Origin: a virus | Taxonomy: Duplodnaviria; Caudoviricetes | Reading direction: 5' to 3' (one strand) | Virus record (IMG/VR): IMGVR_UViG_3300006169_000163 | Coordinates: 1-24,589 of that record | Length of the DNA stretch: 24,589 nt | Shown: positions 15,035 to 23,658 of the stretch, in pieces | How positions within the stretch are numbered: position 1 is the first letter of the stretch | How the letters are laid out: the number at the start of each line of letters is the position of its first letter | Notes under the pieces: model-generated | Database searches by the model: none | Told to the model about the DNA's origin: nothing | Seen by the model: the letters and a program-made list of their open reading frames with translations, nothing else | Made by a program: the position numbers and the translations under genes

Positions 15035-17145
15035 TGGCATTAGTCGGAGCAATCGTCATCGGTCTCAAGGCGGACAACACCGCTTTGAGCAAAGGGCTCA
15101 TCAAGGGCGGTAAGCAAGTCAAGGCTTTCGGCGATGAGGCGAAGGGTGGACTCGACGAACTGAAGAGCTTCGCCGCGAACTCCTATGCCGCCCTCGACAC
15201 TCTCGTTCACGTTGTCGGCGCCCTCTCGAAGTCGATCTCGGCACTGATGATCCAGATGGCCGAGGCGGCTCAAGATGAGTCTCTCGCGGGTGCGGCGATC
15301 GAACTTCAGCAAGAAGTCGATGACGTTGTTGGCCAGTACGTGCAGATGAAAAAGGCCGCGGTACTGGCGAACGAAGAGGCGGCAAAGCAACTGGCCATGC
15401 AAGCCGCAGCAGCAGCGAAGGCCGCTCGGACAATTCATGCTCGGCTCGGTCGAGCGTGGCATGGTCTTCGAGGCGGCATCAATAGCGCTGGCAACGCGAT
15501 GATGAGCTTCAAGGGCATGGTCGTCGGTCTCGGTGCCGCGGTCGGTGTCGGTCTTGCCGTCGATAAGTTTAAGGAGATGGCAGTTCATGCCGCGAACAAC
15601 ATCGCCGCACAAGATCGACTCGCGAAGAGGATCGGCACCACGACCGAAGAGATGAGTGCTCTCGAAGGTGCCTATCGGATGGCGATGGGGACTGATGAGG
15701 TTGATGGCTTCCGGGATGCTCTCTCGGACATGCAAGAAAAGATCGGTGACGTGACCACCGAGGCCGGTGGTGCCGCCGAGATCTTGAAGCTCGTCGGGCT
15801 CAACGCTGATCAGATGGCCGGACAAGACGCCATCGAAAACTTCAAACAGATCGCGGACAAGGTTCAGGGTCTTCAGAGCCAAGCCGACAAACTACACGTC
15901 GCCGACACCCTGTTCTCGGGTGAAGGTCAGAAGTTTTTGCCCTTCCTTGAAAAAGGTCGGAAGGGCATCGAGGAGATGCAGGCCAAGGCGAAGGAACTCG
16001 GGCTCACCGTCAACTCGTTCCAAGCCGCCGAGGTGATCAAAGCTCAACAGGCGATGCAAGAATTGAAGATGGCGTTCGAGGGCTTCGTGACCAAGCTCGT
16101 CGTCGAAGCGGCGCCGGTGCTGACGGCTCTCGTCGATGAGATCAAGCTCATGGGCACTGAAGGTGTCAACTCCTCTGACATGGTGACGGACGCGATCTAT
16201 GGCACCGCCGAAGCCGTCGGCTTCCTCGGCGACATGTGGCGAGCGGTCGTCGATGGCTTCCGGTTCGCACAAGCCTACATCACGAAGGGTCTCGCGTGGA
16301 TCGCCTCAGGCATCACGAAGCTCTTCGAGGGGATCGATGCTGGCTTGATGAAGGTCGGTCTCGGTGCAACCGGTCTCGGTGAGTCACTCAGATCGTTCTC
16401 TGATGGAATGCACGCCGAAGCCGATCAGAGCATCGACGAAGCATGGCAGAGCTTTATCTCGAAGACACCGAGTGAGAAGGTCACGAGCTTCATGGATCGT
16501 GTCGCTCAAGGCGCCGAGGAAGCTCGGAACAAAATGGAAGAATTGCCGACGGCGATGGACGGTGTGACCGCGGCAACTCTTCGACTTGCTCAAGGTGTCG
16601 AAGACCTTGAGAAGAGTCTCAAGGAACAGATCGCGACGTTCGGCATGTCGAGTGCCGAAGCCGACATCTTCAAGTTGAAGATGCAAGGTGCTACGGACGA
16701 GCAACTCGCCTCGGCTCGTGCGATGGCCAAGCAGATTGAACAGATGGAGAAACAAAAGGAAGAACAAGATCGACTGAAGGATCTTGCGAAGAGTGTGTTC
16801 GACGAGACCCGAACCCCGCTCGAAAAGTATCAGACCAAGATCGAGGATCTCAAGAAGCTCTTCGATCAGGGCTTGATCAACAGCGACACCTTCGACCGTG
16901 CCGTGAAGCAAGCGAAGGGCGAACTCGGCGGAAACGAGATTCAGTTCTCGGGGCCGATGGAACTCGGCAGCAACGAAGCTCGGTCGGTGCTTTTGCAAAA
17001 TGCTTTCGGCGGTTTGGGTCAGTCGATCGATCCGCAGAAAGACATGCTCAAGACGAGTCAGAACTCTCTCAAAGAGCAAAGAGAACAGACCGTCTTGCTT
17101 CGACGTATGGTCGGCGCTGAAGCCACACCGACCTTCGCGTTTTAA
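15034..17145 (+). CDS. tape measure protein
   Basis: 703 aa, Ala/Gly-rich and helical; N-terminal I.I.L.AD, LAKRIG.TTE, late TRTPLE.Y motif; follows the chaperones. Confidence 0.92.
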   Translation: MALVGAIVIGLKADNTALSKGLIKGGKQVKAFGDEAKGGLDELKSFAANSYAALDTLVHVVGALSKSISALMIQMAEAAQDESLAGAAIELQQEVDDVVGQYVQMKKAAVLANEEAAKQLAMQAAAAAKAARTIHARLGRAWHGLRGGINSAGNAMMSFKGMVVGLGAAVGVGLAVDKFKEMAVHAANNIAAQDRLAKRIGTTTEEMSALEGAYRMAMGTDEVDGFRDALSDMQEKIGDVTTEAGGAAEILKLVGLNADQMAGQDAIENFKQIADKVQGLQSQADKLHVADTLFSGEGQKFLPFLEKGRKGIEEMQAKAKELGLTVNSFQAAEVIKAQQAMQELKMAFEGFVTKLVVEAAPVLTALVDEIKLMGTEGVNSSDMVTDAIYGTAEAVGFLGDMWRAVVDGFRFAQAYITKGLAWIASGITKLFEGIDAGLMKVGLGATGLGESLRSFSDGMHAEADQSIDEAWQSFISKTPSEKVTSFMDRVAQGAEEARNKMEELPTAMDGVTAATLRLAQGVEDLEKSLKEQIATFGMSSAEADIFKLKMQGATDEQLASARAMAKQIEQMEKQKEEQDRLKDLAKSVFDETRTPLEKYQTKIEDLKKLFDQGLINSDTFDRAVKQAKGELGGNEIQFSGPMELGSNEARSVLLQNAFGGLGQSIDPQKDMLKTSQNSLKEQREQTVLLRRMVGAEATPTFAF

Positions 17146-17178
17146 GAACGACTCGTGAGCCGGATAGATACCGGCACT

Positions 17179-18024
17179 ATGGCAGTCGTCGATGTCCGAG
17201 AACTATTCAATCGCCGCGGGAACGAGAACGCTAAAGGGCACAGAACCTACGTTCGTGTCTTCCGGGTTCAGACGGATGACCCCGAAGACGACTCTCTCGT
17301 CGCGACGGCGCCGCTCGTCGCTCTTGGACTGGTCCGCGGCACGAGCTACGTGACTCCGTCGAGCACGGACACCGGGGCTCTCCTCTCGGAGATCGATGCC
17401 CAATGTACCGAGGAAGACGGTCTCACTTGGGAGATCACACTGAGTTGGACTACAGATCAAGAAGTCACGTCGTCGCCGCTGCTTGAAGATCCCGAATACA
17501 CTTGGGAGTTCAACGGCAAAGAAGTGCCGATGGATGTGGACCTCGACGGCAAGCCGTGCGTGAACAAGGCCGGGCTTCCGTTCCTCACACCGATCACACG
17601 GTTCGCGAGTGACCCAATCTTGAAGGTCACACGGAATCAAGCGAACTTCCCGTTCACTGACTTCCTGTTTCGCGACTGTATCAACAGCGACTTGTTCCTC
17701 GGCTACTTCCCACCGGGCACGGCTCGTTATATGCCGCCCTCGGTTCAGTTCGTCCCGGACAACACGTGGGGCGACTATTACAAGGTGGGTCGTCAATTCG
17801 CAATCGACCCGGACGGATGGGAAAAGCCTGTCTTAAATGCCGGTGTATGGGAACTTCGTGACGGTAAGTATCGAGCGATCTTGGGCGCCGATGGTTTGCC
17901 CGTCACCGAACCACAACTTCTCGACAACAACGGCAAGGCGCTCCCGCCCGGGAGCGCGAAGAGTGCGATCCCGTTGTGGTTCCGTCGATACAACAAAGTT
18001 CCCTTCAATCCGATCCTCGCGTGA
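17179..18024 (+). CDS. tail tip/distal tail protein (putative)
   Basis: Directly after the tape measure gene; R.Y.R.F.V, NKAG.PF, IN...F.G..PGT, LNAG, P.LLD..G. ATG 17179 preferred over GTG 17155. Confidence 0.7.
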   Translation: MAVVDVRELFNRRGNENAKGHRTYVRVFRVQTDDPEDDSLVATAPLVALGLVRGTSYVTPSSTDTGALLSEIDAQCTEEDGLTWEITLSWTTDQEVTSSPLLEDPEYTWEFNGKEVPMDVDLDGKPCVNKAGLPFLTPITRFASDPILKVTRNQANFPFTDFLFRDCINSDLFLGYFPPGTARYMPPSVQFVPDNTWGDYYKVGRQFAIDPDGWEKPVLNAGVWELRDGKYRAILGADGLPVTEPQLLDNNGKALPPGSAKSAIPLWFRRYNKVPFNPILA

Positions 18025-18030
18025 GGCTCA

Positions 18031-18450
18031 GTGGCAGACGTAAAGCTCGACCTACAATCAGCACGACGAATCGCCGCGGTAACGAAAGAGACCGAGTATG
18101 CGATCGATAAGAGCGACACGTCTCGTCGTCACGTCGCGACACCAGCATTCACGATCAAGGTCGCGAAGAGCCCTGAGGGTGGCATCCCCGCGAGAGACAA
18201 GCTCAAGCCGGGTAAGGCCGAGTGCAAGATATATGAGTTCGAGGATCTGACGGCAGAAGAGCCGAAGCTCAAGGTCTCGAAAGATGCCTCGGGCGAAGAC
18301 GCGACCCTCGAAGTTTTCAACATCGCTCGAACTGAGATCGAAGAGAACACGATGATGTTGATTCAATTCGGCACCGGTGTCTGGTGGTGCATTGTCGAGG
18401 TGTGTGACGGTGCTGAAGACGAAGAGGGCGAAGATGAAGGCGAGAGTTAA
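18031..18450 (+). CDS. putative tail tip protein
   Basis: GTG start; GGIPA, G.A.C.IY, V.N, W....EVC; acidic C-terminus. Confidence 0.6.
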   Translation: MADVKLDLQSARRIAAVTKETEYAIDKSDTSRRHVATPAFTIKVAKSPEGGIPARDKLKPGKAECKIYEFEDLTAEEPKLKVSKDASGEDATLEVFNIARTEIEENTMMLIQFGTGVWWCIVEVCDGAEDEEGEDEGES

Positions 18451-19619
18451 AACTCGTGAGGCAGTCGCCCAAACGCACCAGCGCGACCCGGTCTAATCGC
18501 AATATCAGGCACCGTCAACATGCCGCCGGTCGTGATCGGTGGTGGTGCCTTGTTCTCGGATTGCTTCAACAGTTCACCCGTCCGCCAATTCCATTTGCGG
18601 AGATATCGCGGGAACTCACGTTCGAAGTCGCCCGACGAAACATAGACGACATCTTCGTCGTCGTTGCATCTGACGCCGAAACCTTGGTAGTACCCGTAGG
18701 CAGTGTCGAGTTCGGCGACCACGCCGCCAGCGTCATAGACGACAAGGCGAGTGTTACGTTGTGGCGATCCGCCACCATAGTCGGCATGTCGTCGAGTGAA
18801 ACAGTAGCCGCGGTCGTTGACTTGAAGTTCGTTCAACACGTTCGTCTCGCCGGGCGGAACTCGATAGTCAATGCGACTGAGTTGTTCGCCGTCGCCGCTG
18901 AACCGGAAGATCGTGTAGCCGTCAGTCGCCCAGATCACGTCACCCGCCGGTTGCGTTGCGCAGTGTCTCAGGATGCCTTGGGCATCGAACTCACCCTCAG
19001 GTGACGGATCGGTCGTCGTAGCCCACACGAGTTGACCGGTCGGACTAATCTTGACGAGCCCGATCGTCCGCTCGCCGTTTGCGGAATCTACAAGTAATGC
19101 ACCGCTGCCGCACACATACCAATTGCCAAAGCGATCGACATCAATTCCCGAGATCGAATTCATGAGGTCAAGTTCGAGAAGATCGATATGCCACTGTTCG
19201 TCGCCGAACTTGTCGTAAACGGTCAAGGTACATTCGACTCGGTGGATGTATTTGCCGGCGCCGATGTTTCCGGCAGCATCGACGGCGAATGGTGAATGAG
19301 TGTAGCCGAGCACCAGCGGTGGCGTGCTCATCTGGAGTTTGCCGTTCGGCTTTCGGAAGTTGTTTCCGTCGGCACCGGTATCACGAAAGCGATGAATCAG
19401 ACCTGTGTTGTTTCGTCGAATGAGCCAGACGCGACACGTGTCATCGACACTGATCGATGGCGCATACTCAAGCAACCCGGCATAGCCTTCGATGAATTTG
19501 TATTTGTATTCACAGTCAAGATCGAAGACGGTCCAATAACCAGTCACGTCGAAAAAAAACGATCCGACATAGATGTCTCCGCAACCGCAGCAATTGCAAC
19601 CCGGACTGTTTTTCTTCAT
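18447..19619 (-). CDS. beta-propeller protein with Cys-rich N-terminus (putative receptor-binding/tail protein)
   Basis: AGGAG SD and ATG 19619; MKKNSPGCNCCGC; blade-like repeats ISVDDTCRVW, FAVDAAGNI, IDVDRFGNWYV, LQVNDRGYCF. Confidence 0.7.
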   Translation of the reverse strand: MKKNSPGCNCCGCGDIYVGSFFFDVTGYWTVFDLDCEYKYKFIEGYAGLLEYAPSISVDDTCRVWLIRRNNTGLIHRFRDTGADGNNFRKPNGKLQMSTPPLVLGYTHSPFAVDAAGNIGAGKYIHRVECTLTVYDKFGDEQWHIDLLELDLMNSISGIDVDRFGNWYVCGSGALLVDSANGERTIGLVKISPTGQLVWATTTDPSPEGEFDAQGILRHCATQPAGDVIWATDGYTIFRFSGDGEQLSRIDYRVPPGETNVLNELQVNDRGYCFTRRHADYGGGSPQRNTRLVVYDAGGVVAELDTAYGYYQGFGVRCNDDEDVVYVSSGDFEREFPRYLRKWNWRTGELLKQSENKAPPPITTGGMLTVPDIAIRPGRAGAFGRLPHEF

Positions 19620-19627
19620 CTCTCCTC

Positions 19628-20443
19628 TTAGGTCACACTGACAAGGTCGTCTTCCTCGGCGCCGACCGTGTAGAACTGGCTCACACAATAGTTGTCGTGC
19701 TCGGCTTTGAGATAAGCCGCCGACTTCGCTTCGGGGTAGAAGCGAACCTCTTGAAGATTGCCTTCCGGCACCGAAGCCTCATTCTTCCTGAAGAGGAAGT
19801 TCCCGTTCGTGAGAGAGACCGTCTGAAGCTCGGTGACTTCGAGTTCACCGTCGAGCACACCGTCGAGGTACACCTTCAGCCCGACACCACGCTCCCAACT
19901 CACCGCAACGTGATACCACGTGTTTTGTGTGAGGGTCGTATCGCCTCGAAGCTCATACGACATCGTGACACCCTGAGAGGTGAGCACGTTGATCGAGGCT
20001 TGAAGTGTGTTCAAGAAAGAGTGACCGAACGAGAAGACCAACTTATCACCATCGACAGAGTCGAAGCCTCGACTGAAAAAAGTTCGTTCCTTGTAGAACG
20101 TCTCGAACCTGAACCACATTGAAGCCGTGAATGACTGCGCTTCGTCGAGCCCGTCTTCAGGAAGCGTGATGTATTGTCTTCCGTCGGAGTGAGCCGAGAA
20201 CGTACAGAACACACCTTGATCTTGTTCCGGTGCCAGATCGATCGTGCCGCCCGGACCACCGGTGCCGTGCAAGCCGTTACCAGTTCGATCGACATACTCA
20301 TCAGTGTCGCCGACACCGAACTCGTCGAGCGGCAAGACGAAGATCACACCGTCATACACGTCGCCGACGACATCGACAAAAGCCGACCCGCCGCATGTGA
20401 CGCCACCGGTCGCCGAACTGAAATCAATAGGACAGCATGTCAT
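19628..20443 (-). CDS. LamG/concanavalin A-like jelly-roll protein (putative tail fibre/adhesin)
   Basis: LPLDE, D.TGNG.HGT, FTASMWF, WYHVAVSW, KVYLDG, G.L.EVRFY. Confidence 0.85.
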   Translation of the reverse strand: MTCCPIDFSSATGGVTCGGSAFVDVVGDVYDGVIFVLPLDEFGVGDTDEYVDRTGNGLHGTGGPGGTIDLAPEQDQGVFCTFSAHSDGRQYITLPEDGLDEAQSFTASMWFRFETFYKERTFFSRGFDSVDGDKLVFSFGHSFLNTLQASINVLTSQGVTMSYELRGDTTLTQNTWYHVAVSWERGVGLKVYLDGVLDGELEVTELQTVSLTNGNFLFRKNEASVPEGNLQEVRFYPEAKSAAYLKAEHDNYCVSQFYTVGAEEDDLVSVT

Positions 20444-21465
20444 CAGAGAGCCCCGTAGTTGATAAAGATCGTTGTGTCGATCGAGTCGCTCAAAGGTGTT
20501 TTGACGACGGCGAGATAGAGGCCGGTCGTCGAGTCATAGCTTCGGAAGTCATGAGCCAGACGAGCACCGGAAGCCGACGTGAAAAACACTGACTCAGGGT
20601 CGCCGATCCGAGTTGCAGGAATGATCAAGGCGACCGACAAGAGATACTTGTCGAGTGCGCTTTCGACTTTATCCGCGGCGATCGTGATCGCTCTCGTGTA
20701 GTGCCTGAGAGGATCACCGACGACGGCACCACCGGTCATCGAGAGCTTGTGATATACCGGCACGGCAGCGGTGCCACCGACCTCGGCACCAGCACTCGCG
20801 ATCTCGGGCGTGATCACCGTCGAAGGTACGGCGGAACTACCGACTCGAACTGAACCGAGGCCGACAGGAATTCCGTGTTGTGCCCAAGCCTCACCGCCAC
20901 CGACGACACCGCCGCTCATCGTGTTGCTATATGCGATCCCAGCGATCGCCGAGCCGCCACCGACGATGCCGCCGAACATCGTGTTGTGATACGTGTTCGG
21001 AGGAGAGGTGAAGCACGACGTGAAATCATATGCGCCATTGTTCTGGGCATTGCTATGAGTGAAGATCACGCGAATTTGATAGAGAGTGCCGGGTGTCAGA
21101 CCTTCGATCCTGAAGATGTTCGGCGAGCCGAACATCAGCCACGTCCCATCGGCGGTGACATCGACCCAATCGCCGCCGCTGAAAATGTGGGGCCTACCCG
21201 TGATGAGGATTTCTTGATCCTCGCAACTCAAAACATGTGCCGACGACCACGCGATGGTGATCGAAGTCGGTGTCGATTCTCCGGTACAGTCGAGATCACC
21301 GGCGACGTGGATTCTTGGATTGTGGCAGTCTTCTTCCGCATATCCGTAGTCATACGTGAGCGCGCTCAAGACGGGCTCGGTGACGACCTCTTGGCTCGTC
21401 CAAGCTCGGCGGAATTCCTCACGCTTATCGGCGGGGAGCAAATCGTCGTATATCTCAAAACTCAC
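20443..21465 (-). CDS. putative tail fibre: FN3-like domain, Gly-rich repeats, DUF2341-like C-terminus
   Basis: GGAGGA SD and GTG 21465; TPTSITIAWS...GLTPGTLYQIRV; GG.V.GG.A repeats; Y.R.ITI...KV...L..Y...F....G..L......YD..TG.....VK.PLS...T.I.I.YG. Confidence 0.7.
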   Translation of the reverse strand: MSFEIYDDLLPADKREEFRRAWTSQEVVTEPVLSALTYDYGYAEEDCHNPRIHVAGDLDCTGESTPTSITIAWSSAHVLSCEDQEILITGRPHIFSGGDWVDVTADGTWLMFGSPNIFRIEGLTPGTLYQIRVIFTHSNAQNNGAYDFTSCFTSPPNTYHNTMFGGIVGGGSAIAGIAYSNTMSGGVVGGGEAWAQHGIPVGLGSVRVGSSAVPSTVITPEIASAGAEVGGTAAVPVYHKLSMTGGAVVGDPLRHYTRAITIAADKVESALDKYLLSVALIIPATRIGDPESVFFTSASGARLAHDFRSYDSTTGLYLAVVKTPLSDSIDTTIFINYGAL

Positions 21466-22301
21466 TGATCCTCCCGACGACCCAAAAAGTACGCCCTCAC
21501 TTCGCCGACGATCGTCGGTTTGTTTCCCGCCCAAGCCATCACTCCCTTCTCGTCGATCGCGACATCAGTCGTCGGGTCGTAGTCATGCGACACAAGGATC
21601 TTGTCTCGACTCACGTACTGCCTGTTCCTGAGGCGCCCGTGAAAAAGATGAGTCGCGTGATGACTGATGTGCGTGACTCGACCTTGAGTTCTCGCGTATA
21701 GCTTGGCCATATAGCCGAGTGCGTCTCGACGATGTGCGACCGTGTACCGGTTGAGGTGTTCGGCTGAGAACTCACCCGTCGCACCTTTGCAAAAAACGAC
21801 ATCACCGGAACCGAGAACCGATCTGTCATAGAGGCCTATGCCGTCGAGCACCTCACGGCGACACGCCCATATAAACCCGGGCCGACCTTTCTTCTGTTTC
21901 GCCGCAACGATCGACTTCGACCAACGCATCCGCTCACCGTTCGGACCAAGGTCGGTCATCGATTCAAACGGTTGAACGACCGGTGTGTGATCGAGGGCTT
22001 GATCAAGTTGCTCATACCAAGCCTCGGGATCGTCGAGGATCACATCCGCATCGATCCAACAGACGCGATCTACCTCGGGCGGCAAGCTCTCGATCGCCAG
22101 ATTCAAGAGCCGTTCTTTTTGCCACAAGATGTTTTGCGGCTCGGCTTCGATCGTGATCTCGGCGCCGAGCTTCGGTTCGCCGAATGCCAACTCGATCGCC
22201 GTGACCGGCAGATCACCGAGCGACTGTCGGAAGGCCCGATAGTTGTGCCTCGGTGCCGACCATCCGACCGGGTTAAAGTGCGATGTGACGAGATGCAGCA
22301 T
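21462..22301 (-). CDS. glycosyltransferase-like protein (GT-A fold)
   Basis: WQKERLLNLAI, WIDADV (DxD), G..WA.RR..L...GLYD....GSGD, HL.HG. Confidence 0.75.
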   Translation of the reverse strand: MLHLVTSHFNPVGWSAPRHNYRAFRQSLGDLPVTAIELAFGEPKLGAEITIEAEPQNILWQKERLLNLAIESLPPEVDRVCWIDADVILDDPEAWYEQLDQALDHTPVVQPFESMTDLGPNGERMRWSKSIVAAKQKKGRPGFIWACRREVLDGIGLYDRSVLGSGDVVFCKGATGEFSAEHLNRYTVAHRRDALGYMAKLYARTQGRVTHISHHATHLFHGRLRNRQYVSRDKILVSHDYDPTTDVAIDEKGVMAWAGNKPTIVGEVRAYFLGRREDQ

Positions 22302-22308
22302 TCCCTAT

Positions 22309-22812
22309 TTAGGGCTCATACACCGCGATCAGTCGGCGAATACCACCGACCTCAGAGACGATCTCAGAGACGCTCGGCTCTCGACCCGTCCATCGTTTGA
22401 GCTTCTCTTCATCAACGGGATCTTGGACGTGATATCGACAGAGTTGCGCCGGCCATTTGTACGGCACTGAGATCACGACGCGGTCGCCGACCTCGAAGAG
22501 CTTCGCGGTGAATCGCTCGACGATCTCGTCGGGCAAATGCTCTACGACTTGAAGACAGCACACCACGTTGAAGTGATCGAGGTCGTGATCAAGGAAGTCA
22601 TCTTGAATAAACTCGACACCATCGGGCATGTGCTCGGAGTGGTCGTCGAGGTCGAGGCAGACTCGACGACTGAAGTGCTCGGCGCCGACAGGGCAGGGGC
22701 CAGACCCGACCTCAAGTAAAGAGCCGCCGAGGGTCGCGAGACGGTCTCGGGCTCTCTTGTAATAGAGATAGTTTGCTCGGGTGCGGCGATACGTTGCGGG
22801 GTCAGAGGTCAC
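22309..22812 (-). CDS. class I SAM-dependent methyltransferase
   Basis: LLEVGSG (motif I), CLDLD, F...DFL, F.VV.CLQV.EHL, ISVP. Confidence 0.85.
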   Translation of the reverse strand: MTSDPATYRRTRANYLYYKRARDRLATLGGSLLEVGSGPCPVGAEHFSRRVCLDLDDHSEHMPDGVEFIQDDFLDHDLDHFNVVCCLQVVEHLPDEIVERFTAKLFEVGDRVVISVPYKWPAQLCRYHVQDPVDEEKLKRWTGREPSVSEIVSEVGGIRRLIAVYEP

Positions 22813-23131
22813 GCTCTATGTAGTCGAGTGATCGTACACGTCGCCGCTCGGTCGTGATCTGACGGGTCTGACGCCAGACCCTTCGCTCGGCGGTCGAGAT
22901 CAGGTACGACCTCGGGTTCTTCTCGACATCGATCGTGTCGAGCGACTTCAAGAGGTGAAGGATGAGATCGCCTTTCGCGTTGTCCTGATCGACTCCGGAC
23001 CATCGAGGGCCGAACCAATTCCAGACGGCGACACTGACTTCGATCAGAATCTCGCCGAGACGTTCAGACACCTTACCGGTGTCGCGGTGTCGCCTCAGTT
23101 CTTCAAGAAGTTCGTCGTCGTCAAAGCTCAT
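22802..23131 (-). CDS. small sigma-factor-like protein (region 2; T4 gp55-like late sigma)
   Basis: ELLEEL....TGKVSERLGEILIEV...D....D.IL.LL..L..ID.EKNP.SYL...A.R...R; the pattern parallels gp55-family proteins as I recall them (FDPEK..NPFAYFT). Confidence 0.6.
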   Translation of the reverse strand: MSFDDDELLEELRRHRDTGKVSERLGEILIEVSVAVWNWFGPRWSGVDQDNAKGDLILHLLKSLDTIDVEKNPRSYLISTAERRVWRQTRQITTERRRVRSLDYIERDL

Positions 23132-23263
23132 CCTTTATTTAGGCCGGCGACGGCTTCTCACTTTTTGTCGGGTCTATTGACAGTCCGTCAAGGATCGTGT
23201 CAGGTGCGCCGGTTTGCCCTCAGTGTGAGGGCTCGTGTACTGGCACTACACGGAGATCTAACG

Positions 23264-23536
23264 ATGTCGGAGTTTTGCTTTGCGGTGATGGCGGCTCGTT
23301 TGTTCGACCTTGAGGGAGTTGATCGAGACGATCGCGACGACCGGTTCGTGAGGCACTGTCGCGAGAAAGAGATCGAGGTGACTGTCGATCGGCTCGGACT
23401 GTATCGGGATGTCGTCGAGGTGTTTGAGGAGTTCGGCTTCTGGGTCGAGAATGAGGATCTCCTCGACAATCTCGAAGCTAGAGGATGGAAGACGAGCTTC
23501 TTGAAGATGGACATTCCGTCGGAAAGTGCGACCTAA
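23264..23536 (+). CDS. hypothetical protein (90 aa)
   Basis: ACGGAG SD and ATG 23264; the 3' part of ORF 22955..23536. Confidence 0.6.
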   Translation: MSEFCFAVMAARLFDLEGVDRDDRDDRFVRHCREKEIEVTVDRLGLYRDVVEVFEEFGFWVENEDLLDNLEARGWKTSFLKMDIPSESAT

Positions 23537-23658
23537 AAATCGTCATGAAAAATTCGGTGGTCTCTCCGTAGGATCGGATAGAGACCACGTTGTTCGAGTC
23601 TCGATCAAAACAAGATAGGCGCCTTCAGGGGCGCCTATCGCTACTTGGAGTGCGCACC

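Noticed and set aside
3960-17796. Long antisense ORFs (e.g. 3960-4757, 8454-9233, 9751-10443, 15040-15882, 16384-17079)
   Set aside because: Shadow frames of well-supported + strand genes in GC-rich DNA, with no recognisable motifs.
18430-23200. Invertase-controlled tail-fibre switch
   Set aside because: I found no matching inverted repeats at the two ends of the - strand block and no recombinase in the window.
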